This document shows positions 21,056 to 30,348 of a DNA stretch of 64,000 nt, one piece after another. This stretch comes from Candidatus Poribacteria bacterium. Its GTDB lineage: Bacteria; Poribacteria; WGA-4E; WGA-3G. The stretch is taken from contig CBDANF010000002.1 of assembly GCA_965197475.1 (NCBI GenBank), positions 704,001 to 768,000 on the forward strand, given 5' to 3'. A program made the position numbers and the translations under genes. Each line of letters begins with the position of its first letter. Position 1 is the first letter of the stretch. A model generated the notes under the pieces. That model saw nothing but the letters and a program-made list of their open reading frames with translations, was not told where the DNA came from and did not search any database.

Positions 21056-21802
21056 TTACCACTTTGGAATTGCACCGAGCAGTAACTTTTGCTGCGGCGT
21101 GCCTTCGTCGCGCAGTCGTGTGACGCGAGGCCCGTTAAAAGGTTCGCGAGATTTCATCCAAGCGTTTTGGTAACACATAAGACAGACGCGTCGACGTTCT
21201 GAAGAAGTGTTAGCAGCACCGCGGTGCCACGTCCACCCATCAAACATAACTGCTTGTCCTGGGGAAACTAATACGCGTTTTTCGTCAGGAAGTTGAATAG
21301 GGCTTGGCGGTGGACGGAACGGTGCTCTGTGGCTACCGGGCTGCACAACTGTCGGTCCCGTTTCATCAGTAACTTCATCAAGATAGTAGCCGCAGTTAAT
21401 TTGCGCGGGCAGACTGCCGTAAGGTGTGCCAAATGGGTCAACCGGCCAGGGACCATCACGATGCCAGTTTTGGTCAGGCGTTCCCGGTTCAGTAATGCGG
21501 GCGGTTGCACTGTGAAGCTGCACACATGTCCCCAATATCGCTTCCATCCGTTTCATCACAGGCGGATTGTCAAGCAAAAAAGCAAACCTATCGTCCTCTT
21601 CAAGCAGTTCACCGATAAATTGGTCTTTATTGTGTCGTTCGTAACTCTCATCAAGCGCGTTGCGTAACGACACAATCTGTTCAGGTGTTGCAGCATCATT
21701 GACAATAAGGTAACCCCATTTTAGGAAAAAATTGACTTCTTGTTGTAATTCGTAGTCAAGTTCAACATTGAGCGTAGGGGGTACTACAGGAACTTCAGCC
21801 AT
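21056..21802 (-). CDS. PhyH-family Fe(II)/2OG dioxygenase
   Basis: WHRD, PGSH, WHRGAAN, RR. Confidence 0.9.
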   Translation of the reverse strand: MAEVPVVPPTLNVELDYELQQEVNFFLKWGYLIVNDAATPEQIVSLRNALDESYERHNKDQFIGELLEEDDRFAFLLDNPPVMKRMEAILGTCVQLHSATARITEPGTPDQNWHRDGPWPVDPFGTPYGSLPAQINCGYYLDEVTDETGPTVVQPGSHRAPFRPPPSPIQLPDEKRVLVSPGQAVMFDGWTWHRGAANTSSERRRVCLMCYQNAWMKSREPFNGPRVTRLRDEGTPQQKLLLGAIPKW

Positions 21803-21805
21803 CGT

Positions 21806-22630
21806 CTACACCTCCTTTATTGCAGTACGGTCGGCGGTAGCCCATTCTTCCCATCTTTTCTCGTCTGGACTGAGGAAGCCAGAATTGCATCGCGGTTGCA
21901 ACTGTTCGTCAACGCCCAGGAGTCGCATCAGCTGATGATTGTTTGCTTCTTTTGCTTCTGCAAGCAGTTTTTGTGTATGTGGACCGGAATGGTGGTCAGT
22001 ATGTTTGAGCCAAGTCAAGTTGTAGTAGATACTGAAAAAATAGCGCATCTGTCCAGAGGTATTCGGTGTGCCGGAATGGACGAGACCGTTATGCGTGATG
22101 ACGACATCCCCAGCCTTCATGTGAATAATCACTTCATCGGGATGCAGTTTCCCGCGGTCAGCATCCTCTATGGTCAGCGGTTTTCGGTGTGAACCGACAA
22201 TGACGCGAAGAGGTCCAAACTCGTCTGTCAAATCTTGCAGATATGAGATAGCGTTGATCGCGTTCGGACGATGATATGCATCCGTAAAAGGGACATGCGC
22301 CCACCGATCCCGATGCCACCCTGACACTCTCCCCTCAGCTTTTTCCGGTTCAATTGAGGCAAACGCGGCAAGCGTAAGGTTGTCTAATTGTACAAAGGGT
22401 CCCATCACCTTTTCTATGAAGTCAAGGATAGTCGGATGTGAGACGGCGGGCCACATCAGTTCAGGAGCCAATTCAATCGTGTTTGCGAACCAAGTTTGTC
22501 CGTTGTGTGCTGCTGAGAGTTGTTGATGCTTCTCTTTCCAGCACTGCATTTGTGTTTCGTCAAAAACTTTCTCGAAGATTGTGAAGCCCTCAGATTTATA
22601 GGCTTCCAGTCGTTGTTCTATTGTGGGCAT
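21806..22630 (-). CDS. PhyH-family Fe(II)/2OG dioxygenase
   Basis: WHRD, GPLRVIVGSH, AGDVV, VHSG..N.S...R. Confidence 0.9.
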   Translation of the reverse strand: MPTIEQRLEAYKSEGFTIFEKVFDETQMQCWKEKHQQLSAAHNGQTWFANTIELAPELMWPAVSHPTILDFIEKVMGPFVQLDNLTLAAFASIEPEKAEGRVSGWHRDRWAHVPFTDAYHRPNAINAISYLQDLTDEFGPLRVIVGSHRKPLTIEDADRGKLHPDEVIIHMKAGDVVITHNGLVHSGTPNTSGQMRYFFSIYYNLTWLKHTDHHSGPHTQKLLAEAKEANNHQLMRLLGVDEQLQPRCNSGFLSPDEKRWEEWATADRTAIKEV

Positions 22631-22671
22631 TGTTGTGTTCCTATTGAGTAGATGAGGCACAATTTTTGTAC

Positions 22672-23619
22672 CTACTTCTTTTCACTTAAAATATCCGCTG
22701 CGAGTTGCATGGTTTTTACTGCTTCGTCCAAGTTGGCTGCGGGGAGTGAAACGGGAGTATCGGATTTAACGCAATCAAGGAAATACCTATTTTGCTCAAC
22801 GGTGCCACCACTGCCAGGATCGGTGAGTTTGTGCTGCGTGCCATCGCAGAAGACGGTTCCCTGAGACACCCCCTCAAGATATGCTGAAATGTCTCTGCCG
22901 TGAATCTCGTAACGTTCAAGACGTGCGTCTGTAGTGTAGTTTGCAATGAGTTGTGCAACACAGCCATTGTCAAAGAGAATCAATGCGGCGTGAACATCCT
23001 TGTAATCCGAAATTGTCCGTTGGACTACACTATAAACCTCATGGACATCTGCTTCTGCAATTGCGCGGAGTGTATCCAGAGCGTGGATAGGTGTTTCCAG
23101 AAACATGTTATCCATCAGATGTTTGGGGAATTTGCCCGATTGCGCCAAACGGGTGATACTCTTGTGGAATTCGCCGACCAGTTGAGTAACATGCCCGCGT
23201 GCTTTTACCAGTTGCTTAGCTTGCATAATAATCGGATGGAAACGGCGGTTCCAACCCACCATGGCTTTCGCACCGGTTTTCTTAGCGGTATCTCGCAAGG
23301 CAGTGGTTTCTGTAACATTCATCCCCGGCGGTTTTTCGAGTAGTGTATTGACCCCTCGTTCTAAACAGGGAGCTGCTACTTCTCCGTTAAGATGTGCAGG
23401 AGTAGCGACGAAAATCGCATCAAGGGTTTCATTGTCGAGCAATGCTTCAATCGTTTTATAACGTTTTGAGACGTTGAACGTATCACCAGCGTTGTTTCGT
23501 GCGCCCTCCACCGGATCACAGATCGCAACAAGGTCGGTATCCTTAAATTGAGAGAGGATTTTCATGTGACCACGTCCACGACCTCCACATCCGATAACTG
23601 CGACTCGTAGATTTGCCAT
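22672..23619 (-). CDS. Gfo/Idh/MocA oxidoreductase
   Basis: IGCGGRG, LEKPP, NRRFHP, HALD. Confidence 0.92.
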   Translation of the reverse strand: MANLRVAVIGCGGRGRGHMKILSQFKDTDLVAICDPVEGARNNAGDTFNVSKRYKTIEALLDNETLDAIFVATPAHLNGEVAAPCLERGVNTLLEKPPGMNVTETTALRDTAKKTGAKAMVGWNRRFHPIIMQAKQLVKARGHVTQLVGEFHKSITRLAQSGKFPKHLMDNMFLETPIHALDTLRAIAEADVHEVYSVVQRTISDYKDVHAALILFDNGCVAQLIANYTTDARLERYEIHGRDISAYLEGVSQGTVFCDGTQHKLTDPGSGGTVEQNRYFLDCVKSDTPVSLPAANLDEAVKTMQLAADILSEKK

Positions 23620-23630
23620 AATATACTCCG

Positions 23631-24419
23631 CTAATGTCTAATGTGTGGTGCTTCCATCACTTCGCGTTGTTCCGGGGACATATCTTCAATATAGTCTGGA
23701 TATTCAATACGATGTGCACCTGCACTATATGCTTGAAAACCAGGACTGAATTTATAGAGCAGCGCACGTCGTTGATGTGAGGCTTTCCACGGGAGGGCAC
23801 CGTGTGTTAAGGTTTCAGTGAAGATAACAGCATCGCCTGCCTTGGCATTGACTTCAAGCACCAAGTTTTGGTGTTTTTCGTAACGTTTCATGCTACTTGG
23901 ACATGGGAGGTTCGCCTTATGACTACCGGGAATAATCGCGAGACCGCCATCACCAGGGCCTTCATCGGCAAGCATATACTCAACGACGGTAAGTCCGGTA
24001 TAGATTCGTCCATATTTAAAGAAATAAGCTTCGGAAAAATTTGGTCGTTCAATTCCACCGCCGTGTAATGTGCCGCCTTCGGTGCCGTTCTCCATAGCAA
24101 TTAAACCTGGTCCGTGATCAAGTCTATATTTTTTGCCTAAGACTTCCTCTAAATGAGGTTTTACGTTTGGATGTACTAATAAAGTACGAAAAGGTTCACA
24201 CCAAGGTTTTTCCCATGCCAACATTCCGCCCATATCCATGCGATGTGCTGTTCCGGCAAGTGCTTCTGCACCACCTGCTAATGAGTTCTCGCGTTCTCTA
24301 AGCTGTTCTATGTGGTAGTCAATAGCTGCGTTGCACTGTGCAACCTCTTCGGAAGTGAGTGCATTTTCGACTATGATATATCCTGTCAAATCAAATAGGT
24401 ATTTTTGTTCTTCGTTCAT
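23631..24419 (-). CDS. PhyH-family Fe(II)/2OG enzyme with HxG motif
   Basis: LHGGG in place of HxD; IPGSHK, AGDAVIF, THG, RR. Confidence 0.88.
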   Translation of the reverse strand: MNEEQKYLFDLTGYIIVENALTSEEVAQCNAAIDYHIEQLRERENSLAGGAEALAGTAHRMDMGGMLAWEKPWCEPFRTLLVHPNVKPHLEEVLGKKYRLDHGPGLIAMENGTEGGTLHGGGIERPNFSEAYFFKYGRIYTGLTVVEYMLADEGPGDGGLAIIPGSHKANLPCPSSMKRYEKHQNLVLEVNAKAGDAVIFTETLTHGALPWKASHQRRALLYKFSPGFQAYSAGAHRIEYPDYIEDMSPEQREVMEAPHIRH

Positions 24420-24475
24420 AAGTAATTTCTCCAGCGTTGATGACGGTTGAAGTATTTGGGTTTTCAACGTTTTGC

Positions 24476-24504
24476 ATATTAGCAATGTCCAAAAAGTGTG
24501 TCAA
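24476..24504 (-). promoter_or_regulatory. Putative sigma70 promoter for the PhyH cluster
   Basis: Minus strand TTGACA-17 bp-TAATAT with TG extension. Confidence 0.6.
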
Positions 24505-24536
24505 GGAAAAAGATAATACACCTACATGAAAAAGTC

Positions 24537-24565
24537 TTGTAATTTACTTATTATATGTGTATAAT
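24537..24565 (+). promoter_or_regulatory. Putative sigma70 promoter for the glnD-like gene
   Basis: TTGTAA-17 bp-TATAAT preceded by TGTG. Confidence 0.55.
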
Positions 24566-24640
24566 GCATTTAACCGATAAATGTTCAACCTCACAGACGT
24601 TTTCCTACAACTACTTTTAACCAGAAAACATCTTTAATCA

Positions 24641-27349
24641 ATGTCTATACAGATCGAAAACCGACTCACACAATACGTTCCAAACCTAAATATTTCTCAA
24701 CAAGTGTTGCAAAATCAGTTAGCCACTTTCATTCAATCAGAGCGCGAACAACTCAAAGCGCATATCATGGATGGAGAGAGCGGGTTTTCTGTGTGTTCTA
24801 TGCACACGCAGATATGGGATGCTGTAATCCAGAAAGTTTACGAAGTCGCTTCATATCAGATTCAGTCTGAATATACGAAACAGGTTGAAGAACTACTCAA
24901 GATTCCCGGTGTTGATTCCAGTGAATTGCTCTCCGAAATTCCGGACGAATGGTCTCCTGATGTTGCGCTTTATGGCGTAGGGAGTTATGGTAGAAATGAA
25001 CTCTGCTACTATTCAGATGTAGACGTTGTGTATACCTCCTCCGTTGACCTTGAGGAGGTATATGACGAGGGCACTCTGGAACTTATCCGTTGGTTTTACG
25101 ACTTTTTTGACAGTCTTCATTCGGTGATTTCTGGGTTTGAGTTTAGTTTTATATACCGTCCAATGGCAGATATCGCAAAGTGGAATTATCAGGATATGAC
25201 TGCATTAATCGATATGCGATTCATTACTGGTGACGCTACACTGACAGAAAAATTCCGAAAAGCCGTGCATTCAGAAAAATCAGATATTTCGCTTGTATTG
25301 GACCTGCTACAATCAAAGGCAGATTCCTTCAAAGCCTCCGAAGATACCATCTATCTGAATCAACCCGATATAAAAACTGGACGTGGAGGATTACGGACGC
25401 TTCAGTATGCACTCTGGATGTGTGGACTTCCTGAGTTTACGTCGATCCTTGAACTTTATGAACGTTATAATGACGAACAGTTGATGCCTTCTCTTGATTT
25501 TATGTTCAAGGTGCGAAATTTGCTTCACGTTTTAGCGGATGGACCGCACGATTCGCTCTCCTATCATCCTGAACAAGGGGACACACTTCAGTCACAAATT
25601 GCTTCTGCACTCGGTTATTCAGATAAAACCGGTGAATGCCGTTACGATTTTATGGCGGACTACTATAACAAAGCTAAGTATTTGCACTTTAAGGCGGAAT
25701 TATTGATTCGGAAGTTTCTTGCAAACGGCATACCGGTTTCCGATGTACTCGGTGTGAGAACAGATGTCCTATATTGCATTGATAATAATTTTGGGGAACT
25801 TGATACGGATGAACTCTATAAACTTTTCACATATTTTCAACAGTACGATTTTGAGATTGATCCTTCATTGGCTACCTTTATCTTTGCCTATGTTGATGCA
25901 TTTGATTGGGAACGTTTCAAACAAAGAGTCGCTGAACTCATCAACACGCCGGGTAATGTTGAAAAGACTTTAACACGACTGCACCGACTCGGTATATTGT
26001 CTCAACTCGGAGAGGGCGGAGAACGATTTGAAAAAGCGATGATGACACGAAGCGAACGCAGCCTTGACCCATATACTGTGGGTAAACACACACTCGTAGC
26101 GATAGGACACCTTGATGAGATTCGTCGAACTGAATCAAGCAGTCCGTTTGGTGGGGCGCGCCTTAGTCAACCGATGACACCCTCTCCAAACTCTGAGTTA
26201 GAGGAGTTAAACACTGCTTTTCGCTCGCTTTCCGATCCAGCACCGCTCTACATGGCACTATTTCTCCATGATATTGATAAACCTGATCCGACTCATCCGC
26301 AGACGGGCGCAGAAAAAGCGAAACGTATTACACCTGAATTTGGGTTTAATCAACAACAAACTGATGATATATGTTTTCTGATCCGGGAGCATCTTACAAT
26401 GATTACATTGGCACGTTATCATCAATGGGATGAGGGCACTATCTCAGAGTTTTGCGAAAAGGTTAATTCTCTTGAACGTTTAACTACGCTTTATCTGCTG
26501 ACCTATTGCGATTCGAAAGCGAACGGTTCCCAAAACTTTAGCAATCTGGTAAAACATAATCTGAAAAGGTTATACGAGGTTGTGCGGGTACGTTTCGTGG
26601 GTCCAGAGGAATCGCAGTGGGGTGTTTACGCGCCGCCCGAAGAGTTTCAGCAATTTCTCCATCAGATGCCTGTCATTTATCGTATAGGTATTGCGCCTGA
26701 AGAGATCTTGATGCATATCAAAATGATCGCACAAGCGGAGGCTACACCATCAGATAATCCGAATGCAACGGCAAGTGCGGCTATTCTCCAATTTGTTGAT
26801 AAACCTGGGTTTACGGAACTGCATCTTTGTAGCCATAGCCATATCGGGAAGTTGCACACGGTGAGCGGTCTGTTTTTTGCAAATAATATTGATGTTAGCG
26901 ATGCACGCGTCTACACGAAACAGGATACAAACGTTGAATTGGAAATTTACCGACTGGTACATCAGCCTCCCCATCATAGTGGAGAATCGCTGCCGCTTGA
27001 CGAAGATTTAAAACGGGATTTGGATTTTGACATCCGAAGCTTAATGGCGAGAAAGGTAACGCTTGAACAGATTTTTGAGAAGCACTACGTAGACCCTACA
27101 GGTATATGGCGGGTAGATGATGTCACTGTAGAGACAGCGAGAAATTATACAGAAATCGTAGTAACAGGTGAGGAGAAGGTCGGTTTTCTCCACTATTTCA
27201 GCGGGATTTTAGCGAAATTGGAGTTAAACGTGGAGATGTGCAAATGTTCCGGCTTGGGAGGACAGGCGATTGACAGGTTTTATGTACAACCTGTCGCAGA
27301 CCCCCAAAAAGTGCGTGATCAAATTTTAGCGGAGTTGCCAACTGAATAG
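24641..27349 (+). CDS. glnD: [Protein-PII] uridylyltransferase-like protein (NTase, HD, ACT-like domains)
   Basis: GSYGRNEL..YSDVD, PDIKTGRGGLR, YTV..HTL, LHDI.K, LLTYCD, C-terminal ACT-like region ending AIDRFYV. Confidence 0.8.
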   Translation: MSIQIENRLTQYVPNLNISQQVLQNQLATFIQSEREQLKAHIMDGESGFSVCSMHTQIWDAVIQKVYEVASYQIQSEYTKQVEELLKIPGVDSSELLSEIPDEWSPDVALYGVGSYGRNELCYYSDVDVVYTSSVDLEEVYDEGTLELIRWFYDFFDSLHSVISGFEFSFIYRPMADIAKWNYQDMTALIDMRFITGDATLTEKFRKAVHSEKSDISLVLDLLQSKADSFKASEDTIYLNQPDIKTGRGGLRTLQYALWMCGLPEFTSILELYERYNDEQLMPSLDFMFKVRNLLHVLADGPHDSLSYHPEQGDTLQSQIASALGYSDKTGECRYDFMADYYNKAKYLHFKAELLIRKFLANGIPVSDVLGVRTDVLYCIDNNFGELDTDELYKLFTYFQQYDFEIDPSLATFIFAYVDAFDWERFKQRVAELINTPGNVEKTLTRLHRLGILSQLGEGGERFEKAMMTRSERSLDPYTVGKHTLVAIGHLDEIRRTESSSPFGGARLSQPMTPSPNSELEELNTAFRSLSDPAPLYMALFLHDIDKPDPTHPQTGAEKAKRITPEFGFNQQQTDDICFLIREHLTMITLARYHQWDEGTISEFCEKVNSLERLTTLYLLTYCDSKANGSQNFSNLVKHNLKRLYEVVRVRFVGPEESQWGVYAPPEEFQQFLHQMPVIYRIGIAPEEILMHIKMIAQAEATPSDNPNATASAAILQFVDKPGFTELHLCSHSHIGKLHTVSGLFFANNIDVSDARVYTKQDTNVELEIYRLVHQPPHHSGESLPLDEDLKRDLDFDIRSLMARKVTLEQIFEKHYVDPTGIWRVDDVTVETARNYTEIVVTGEEKVGFLHYFSGILAKLELNVEMCKCSGLGGQAIDRFYVQPVADPQKVRDQILAELPTE

Positions 27350-27352
27350 ATC

Positions 27353-27491
27353 AGGACTTACGCAATATGATGTGCACGACAAAATATGATGTGCACGACA
27401 AATTGATACAGATCGCTCTAAAGAACGCGCGATAAATTGTGCTACTACAAAAACTGCAAATGCCTGAAAACAAGCAAAATGCGCAAGTCCT
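27353..27491. mobile_element. MITE with AGGACTTACGCA TIRs, a 19-bp tandem duplication and a REP-like hairpin
   Basis: AGGACTTACGCA (27353-64) / TGCGCAAGTCCT (27480-91); AATATGATGTGCACGACAA twice (27364-27401). Confidence 0.7.
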
Positions 27492-27546
27492 ATAGAGTTT
27501 AATTACACATCAAAAAACAAACAGATTAAACCAATGCGGCGATAAA

Positions 27547-28226
27547 ATGAATGAAAAACAAGTAGTAAATGCTGTTGCTGATTATTTGAAAGAATATAAA
27601 TCAGTTCAGTTTATACACAGTTTGAAAAATCAATTCAGATTGGGCACTACCGATGCAGAGCAGACGTTGTGGTTTATACGCAAAAATTTCCTCAAAAACT
27701 GGTTGCCATCGTGGAATGTAAAAAAGAAGGTAGCCTGGGTAAATCAAAAACAGGTATAGATCAATTGCAGTCTTATCTTTGTGCTTCGGATACATCTTTA
27801 GGAATATTCGCTAATAGCTTAAATCCCGCTGATTGGATATATATGGAAAATCTTGGAAACAATATATTTGTTAAGATAACTCAGGATCAGTTTATTATAT
27901 CCGTAAAAACAGAAATTGAGACGCATAAGGATCTCCAACAACGTATTTCTGACAAATTAGAGAAATTAATATTACAAAAGGCCACTGAAAACCTAAAAAA
28001 TACGGCTATTCAACAACGTATACAACAACTAACTAATGATTATATAGAACAGGAAGCAAGGAAGAATGTGACGCCAGGCAAAATAGTATCAGCTACTATC
28101 AATATGTCTGCAGAACGAATTAAACAATTGGAAGCTGAAATATCTAAGTTAAAAAGATATAAAACCTGGGGTTGGATTTTAGCAGTTCTATTTTTATTTT
28201 TTTTACTGGCGATGTTCTATAATTAA
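27547..28226 (+). pseudogene. HsdR_N-like PD-(D/E)xK domain + coiled coil + C-terminal TM helix, frameshift near 27620
   Basis: Second frame FEKSIQIG...RADVVV...AIVECK...GIDQLQSYL...GIFAN; C-terminus WGWILAVLFLFFLLAMF. Confidence 0.65.
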
Positions 28227-28295
28227 ACTTGTCGTTCCAACTCAGCAATCTCCTCATGAATTTATAGTGCGTATGTGCCATAGAAGAAAAAAGAA

Positions 28296-29057
28296 ATGAA
28301 AAAACGAGTACTTATCACAGGTGCAGCCGGTACGGTAGGTTCAACCCTCTGGCAAGCATGGGAAAAGCAGGATTTATATACATTAACCCTGATGGATATC
28401 AAACCAATTGAGGGATCGGTGTCCCGCGTGGAACAAGCTGATATTCGGGATTACACTGCGATGCACGAGTTGTGTCAAGGACAAGATGTCTTGGTGCATC
28501 TTGGGTATCTCCGCCAAAAATCGCCAAGTAAGGTTCCGGGTGAAGTCAACGACATCGGTGCTTCAATGGCTCTGTTTGAGGCTGCACGAGAGAGTGGAAT
28601 ACAAAAGATCGTATACGCAAGCACAAATCATGCATCTGGGTGGAATGAGCGAATTAGTTCGCCGCCAAGATTTTCCACAGGTGATCAGTTCAGGCCTGAT
28701 GGTTGGTATGGTGCAATGAAAGGGATGGCAGAAATTGCTGGACGATATCTCGTTGATGCACACAATATGCGATTTATCAGCATCCGAATCGGAAGTTATA
28801 ACGCTACTTATGAACCGAGCGGAATTCGACACTGTAGCACACTTCTAACACCACGCGATTGCGTGCAACTGTTCAGTTTGGCTGTAGATTACGATGGACC
28901 TGTCAAATATCTAATAACTTACGGTCGCTCAGCAAATTCAGATGGATACCAGCAGAGTTACCTTGATATTAGTGGCGCGGTTGAAGTGTTAGGGTATGAA
29001 CCACAAGACAATTTGATTAAGACACACCTATACAAATTTTTGAAAAGTGAGTTATGA
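28296..29057 (+). CDS. NAD-dependent epimerase/dehydrogenase (uronate dehydrogenase-like)
   Basis: TGAAGTVG, YASTNHA, YGAMK, IRIGS. Confidence 0.85.
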   Translation: MKKRVLITGAAGTVGSTLWQAWEKQDLYTLTLMDIKPIEGSVSRVEQADIRDYTAMHELCQGQDVLVHLGYLRQKSPSKVPGEVNDIGASMALFEAARESGIQKIVYASTNHASGWNERISSPPRFSTGDQFRPDGWYGAMKGMAEIAGRYLVDAHNMRFISIRIGSYNATYEPSGIRHCSTLLTPRDCVQLFSLAVDYDGPVKYLITYGRSANSDGYQQSYLDISGAVEVLGYEPQDNLIKTHLYKFLKSEL

Positions 29058-29752
29058 ATGCAGAACCTCGTTACAACGACATCTACTATGAATGCACAAC
29101 TTTCCAATCTCAGATAATTGATGTTGTGCGGGGTAATGCTGTCTCGTTAAATGAACTGCCTTCCCCGATTGATTGGAATATGCTCTTTGGTAATACACAA
29201 CCGGTAGAGGTTGAGATCGGATTCGGCAAGGGGCGGTTTTTATTGGAAGCATCAAAGCAGTTTCCGCAGGTAAACTACATCGGTGTTGAGCGTGCACAAA
29301 AATATGTAGCACTCACACGTGAAAGGTTTGAGAAATACGGACGGCATTTCTCGGTAGATAAAAATTCGGGAAAATTCCAGAACGTACGCCTCGTGTGGAC
29401 AGATGCAAATTACTTTATAACACGGTATGTACCAGAGGAATCAGTACAAGCTTATCATATCTATTTCCCAGACCCGTGGCCAAAAGCACGGCAGCAGAAA
29501 CGGAGAATCTTTCGGAATAAGGATTTCCTTACCGCAATTACGCGAACGCTTACGTTAGATGGTGGTAAGTTGTCCGTTGCAACAGATTATGCAGAATATT
29601 TCAGTGAGATTCAAGAAAGACTCTCGGAGTTGAAAGAACTAAAACCTGTTCCGCTGATTTCAAGTGGCTATCAACATATCACCACCAATTTTGAAACGAA
29701 ATATCGTTTAGAAGGCAGGAAAATCTATCGCGCTGTTTATGAGAAGATGTAA
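29054..29752 (+). CDS. trmB: tRNA (guanine-N7)-methyltransferase
   Basis: EIGFGKG, YIGVE, YFPDPWPK, ATD, TNFE.KY. Confidence 0.93.
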   Translation: MNAEPRYNDIYYECTTFQSQIIDVVRGNAVSLNELPSPIDWNMLFGNTQPVEVEIGFGKGRFLLEASKQFPQVNYIGVERAQKYVALTRERFEKYGRHFSVDKNSGKFQNVRLVWTDANYFITRYVPEESVQAYHIYFPDPWPKARQQKRRIFRNKDFLTAITRTLTLDGGKLSVATDYAEYFSEIQERLSELKELKPVPLISSGYQHITTNFETKYRLEGRKIYRAVYEKM

Positions 29753-29767
29753 TTTTTGGAGTAAATT

Positions 29768-30343
29768 GTGGCAACTGTACTTGCAGAAATCCTACTAACC
29801 CCTGAAGAATATTTGGTTATGGAGCGGGAAGCGGCTTTCAAAAGCGAATATCGCGACGGACAAATAGTTGCAATGCCTGGTGCCAGTCGCCAACATAATC
29901 TTATCACGGTTAATTTATCCAGCGGACTTCACATACAGTTGTTGGAACGAGGGTGTGAAGTTTATGTCAATGATATGCGGGTAAAAGTTAGTAATACGGG
30001 TTTATACACATATCCAGATGTTGTCGTTGTCTGTGATGAACCCCGTTTTGAGGATAATCACTTTGATACACTTCTCAATCCAACTGTACTCGTAGAAGTG
30101 CTTTCTCCGTCAACAGAAAATTATGATCGCAATGACAAATTTCTGTCTTATCAGACCCTTGAATCTTTGCAGGAATATATCCTTGTTTCACAAAATGGTG
30201 TGCATGTAGAACAGTATATCCGTCAAGATGGGAAGTGGATATTGAGAGAATTCCGTTCACTTGATGATGTGCTTCAAATCGCATCAATAGAATGTGAGTT
30301 GGCATTACGAGCAATCTATGCTAAGGTCAAATTTTTGAGGTAG
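29768..30343 (+). CDS. Uma2-family endonuclease
   Basis: EYRDG, YPDVVVVC, VEVLSPST, EYILVSQ. Confidence 0.93.
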   Translation: MATVLAEILLTPEEYLVMEREAAFKSEYRDGQIVAMPGASRQHNLITVNLSSGLHIQLLERGCEVYVNDMRVKVSNTGLYTYPDVVVVCDEPRFEDNHFDTLLNPTVLVEVLSPSTENYDRNDKFLSYQTLESLQEYILVSQNGVHVEQYIRQDGKWILREFRSLDDVLQIASIECELALRAIYAKVKFLR

Positions 30344-30348
30344 CGGAA

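Noticed and set aside
27364-27401. 19-bp direct repeat as a CRISPR array
   Set aside because: Only two abutting copies, no spacer, no cas genes; it lies inside a MITE
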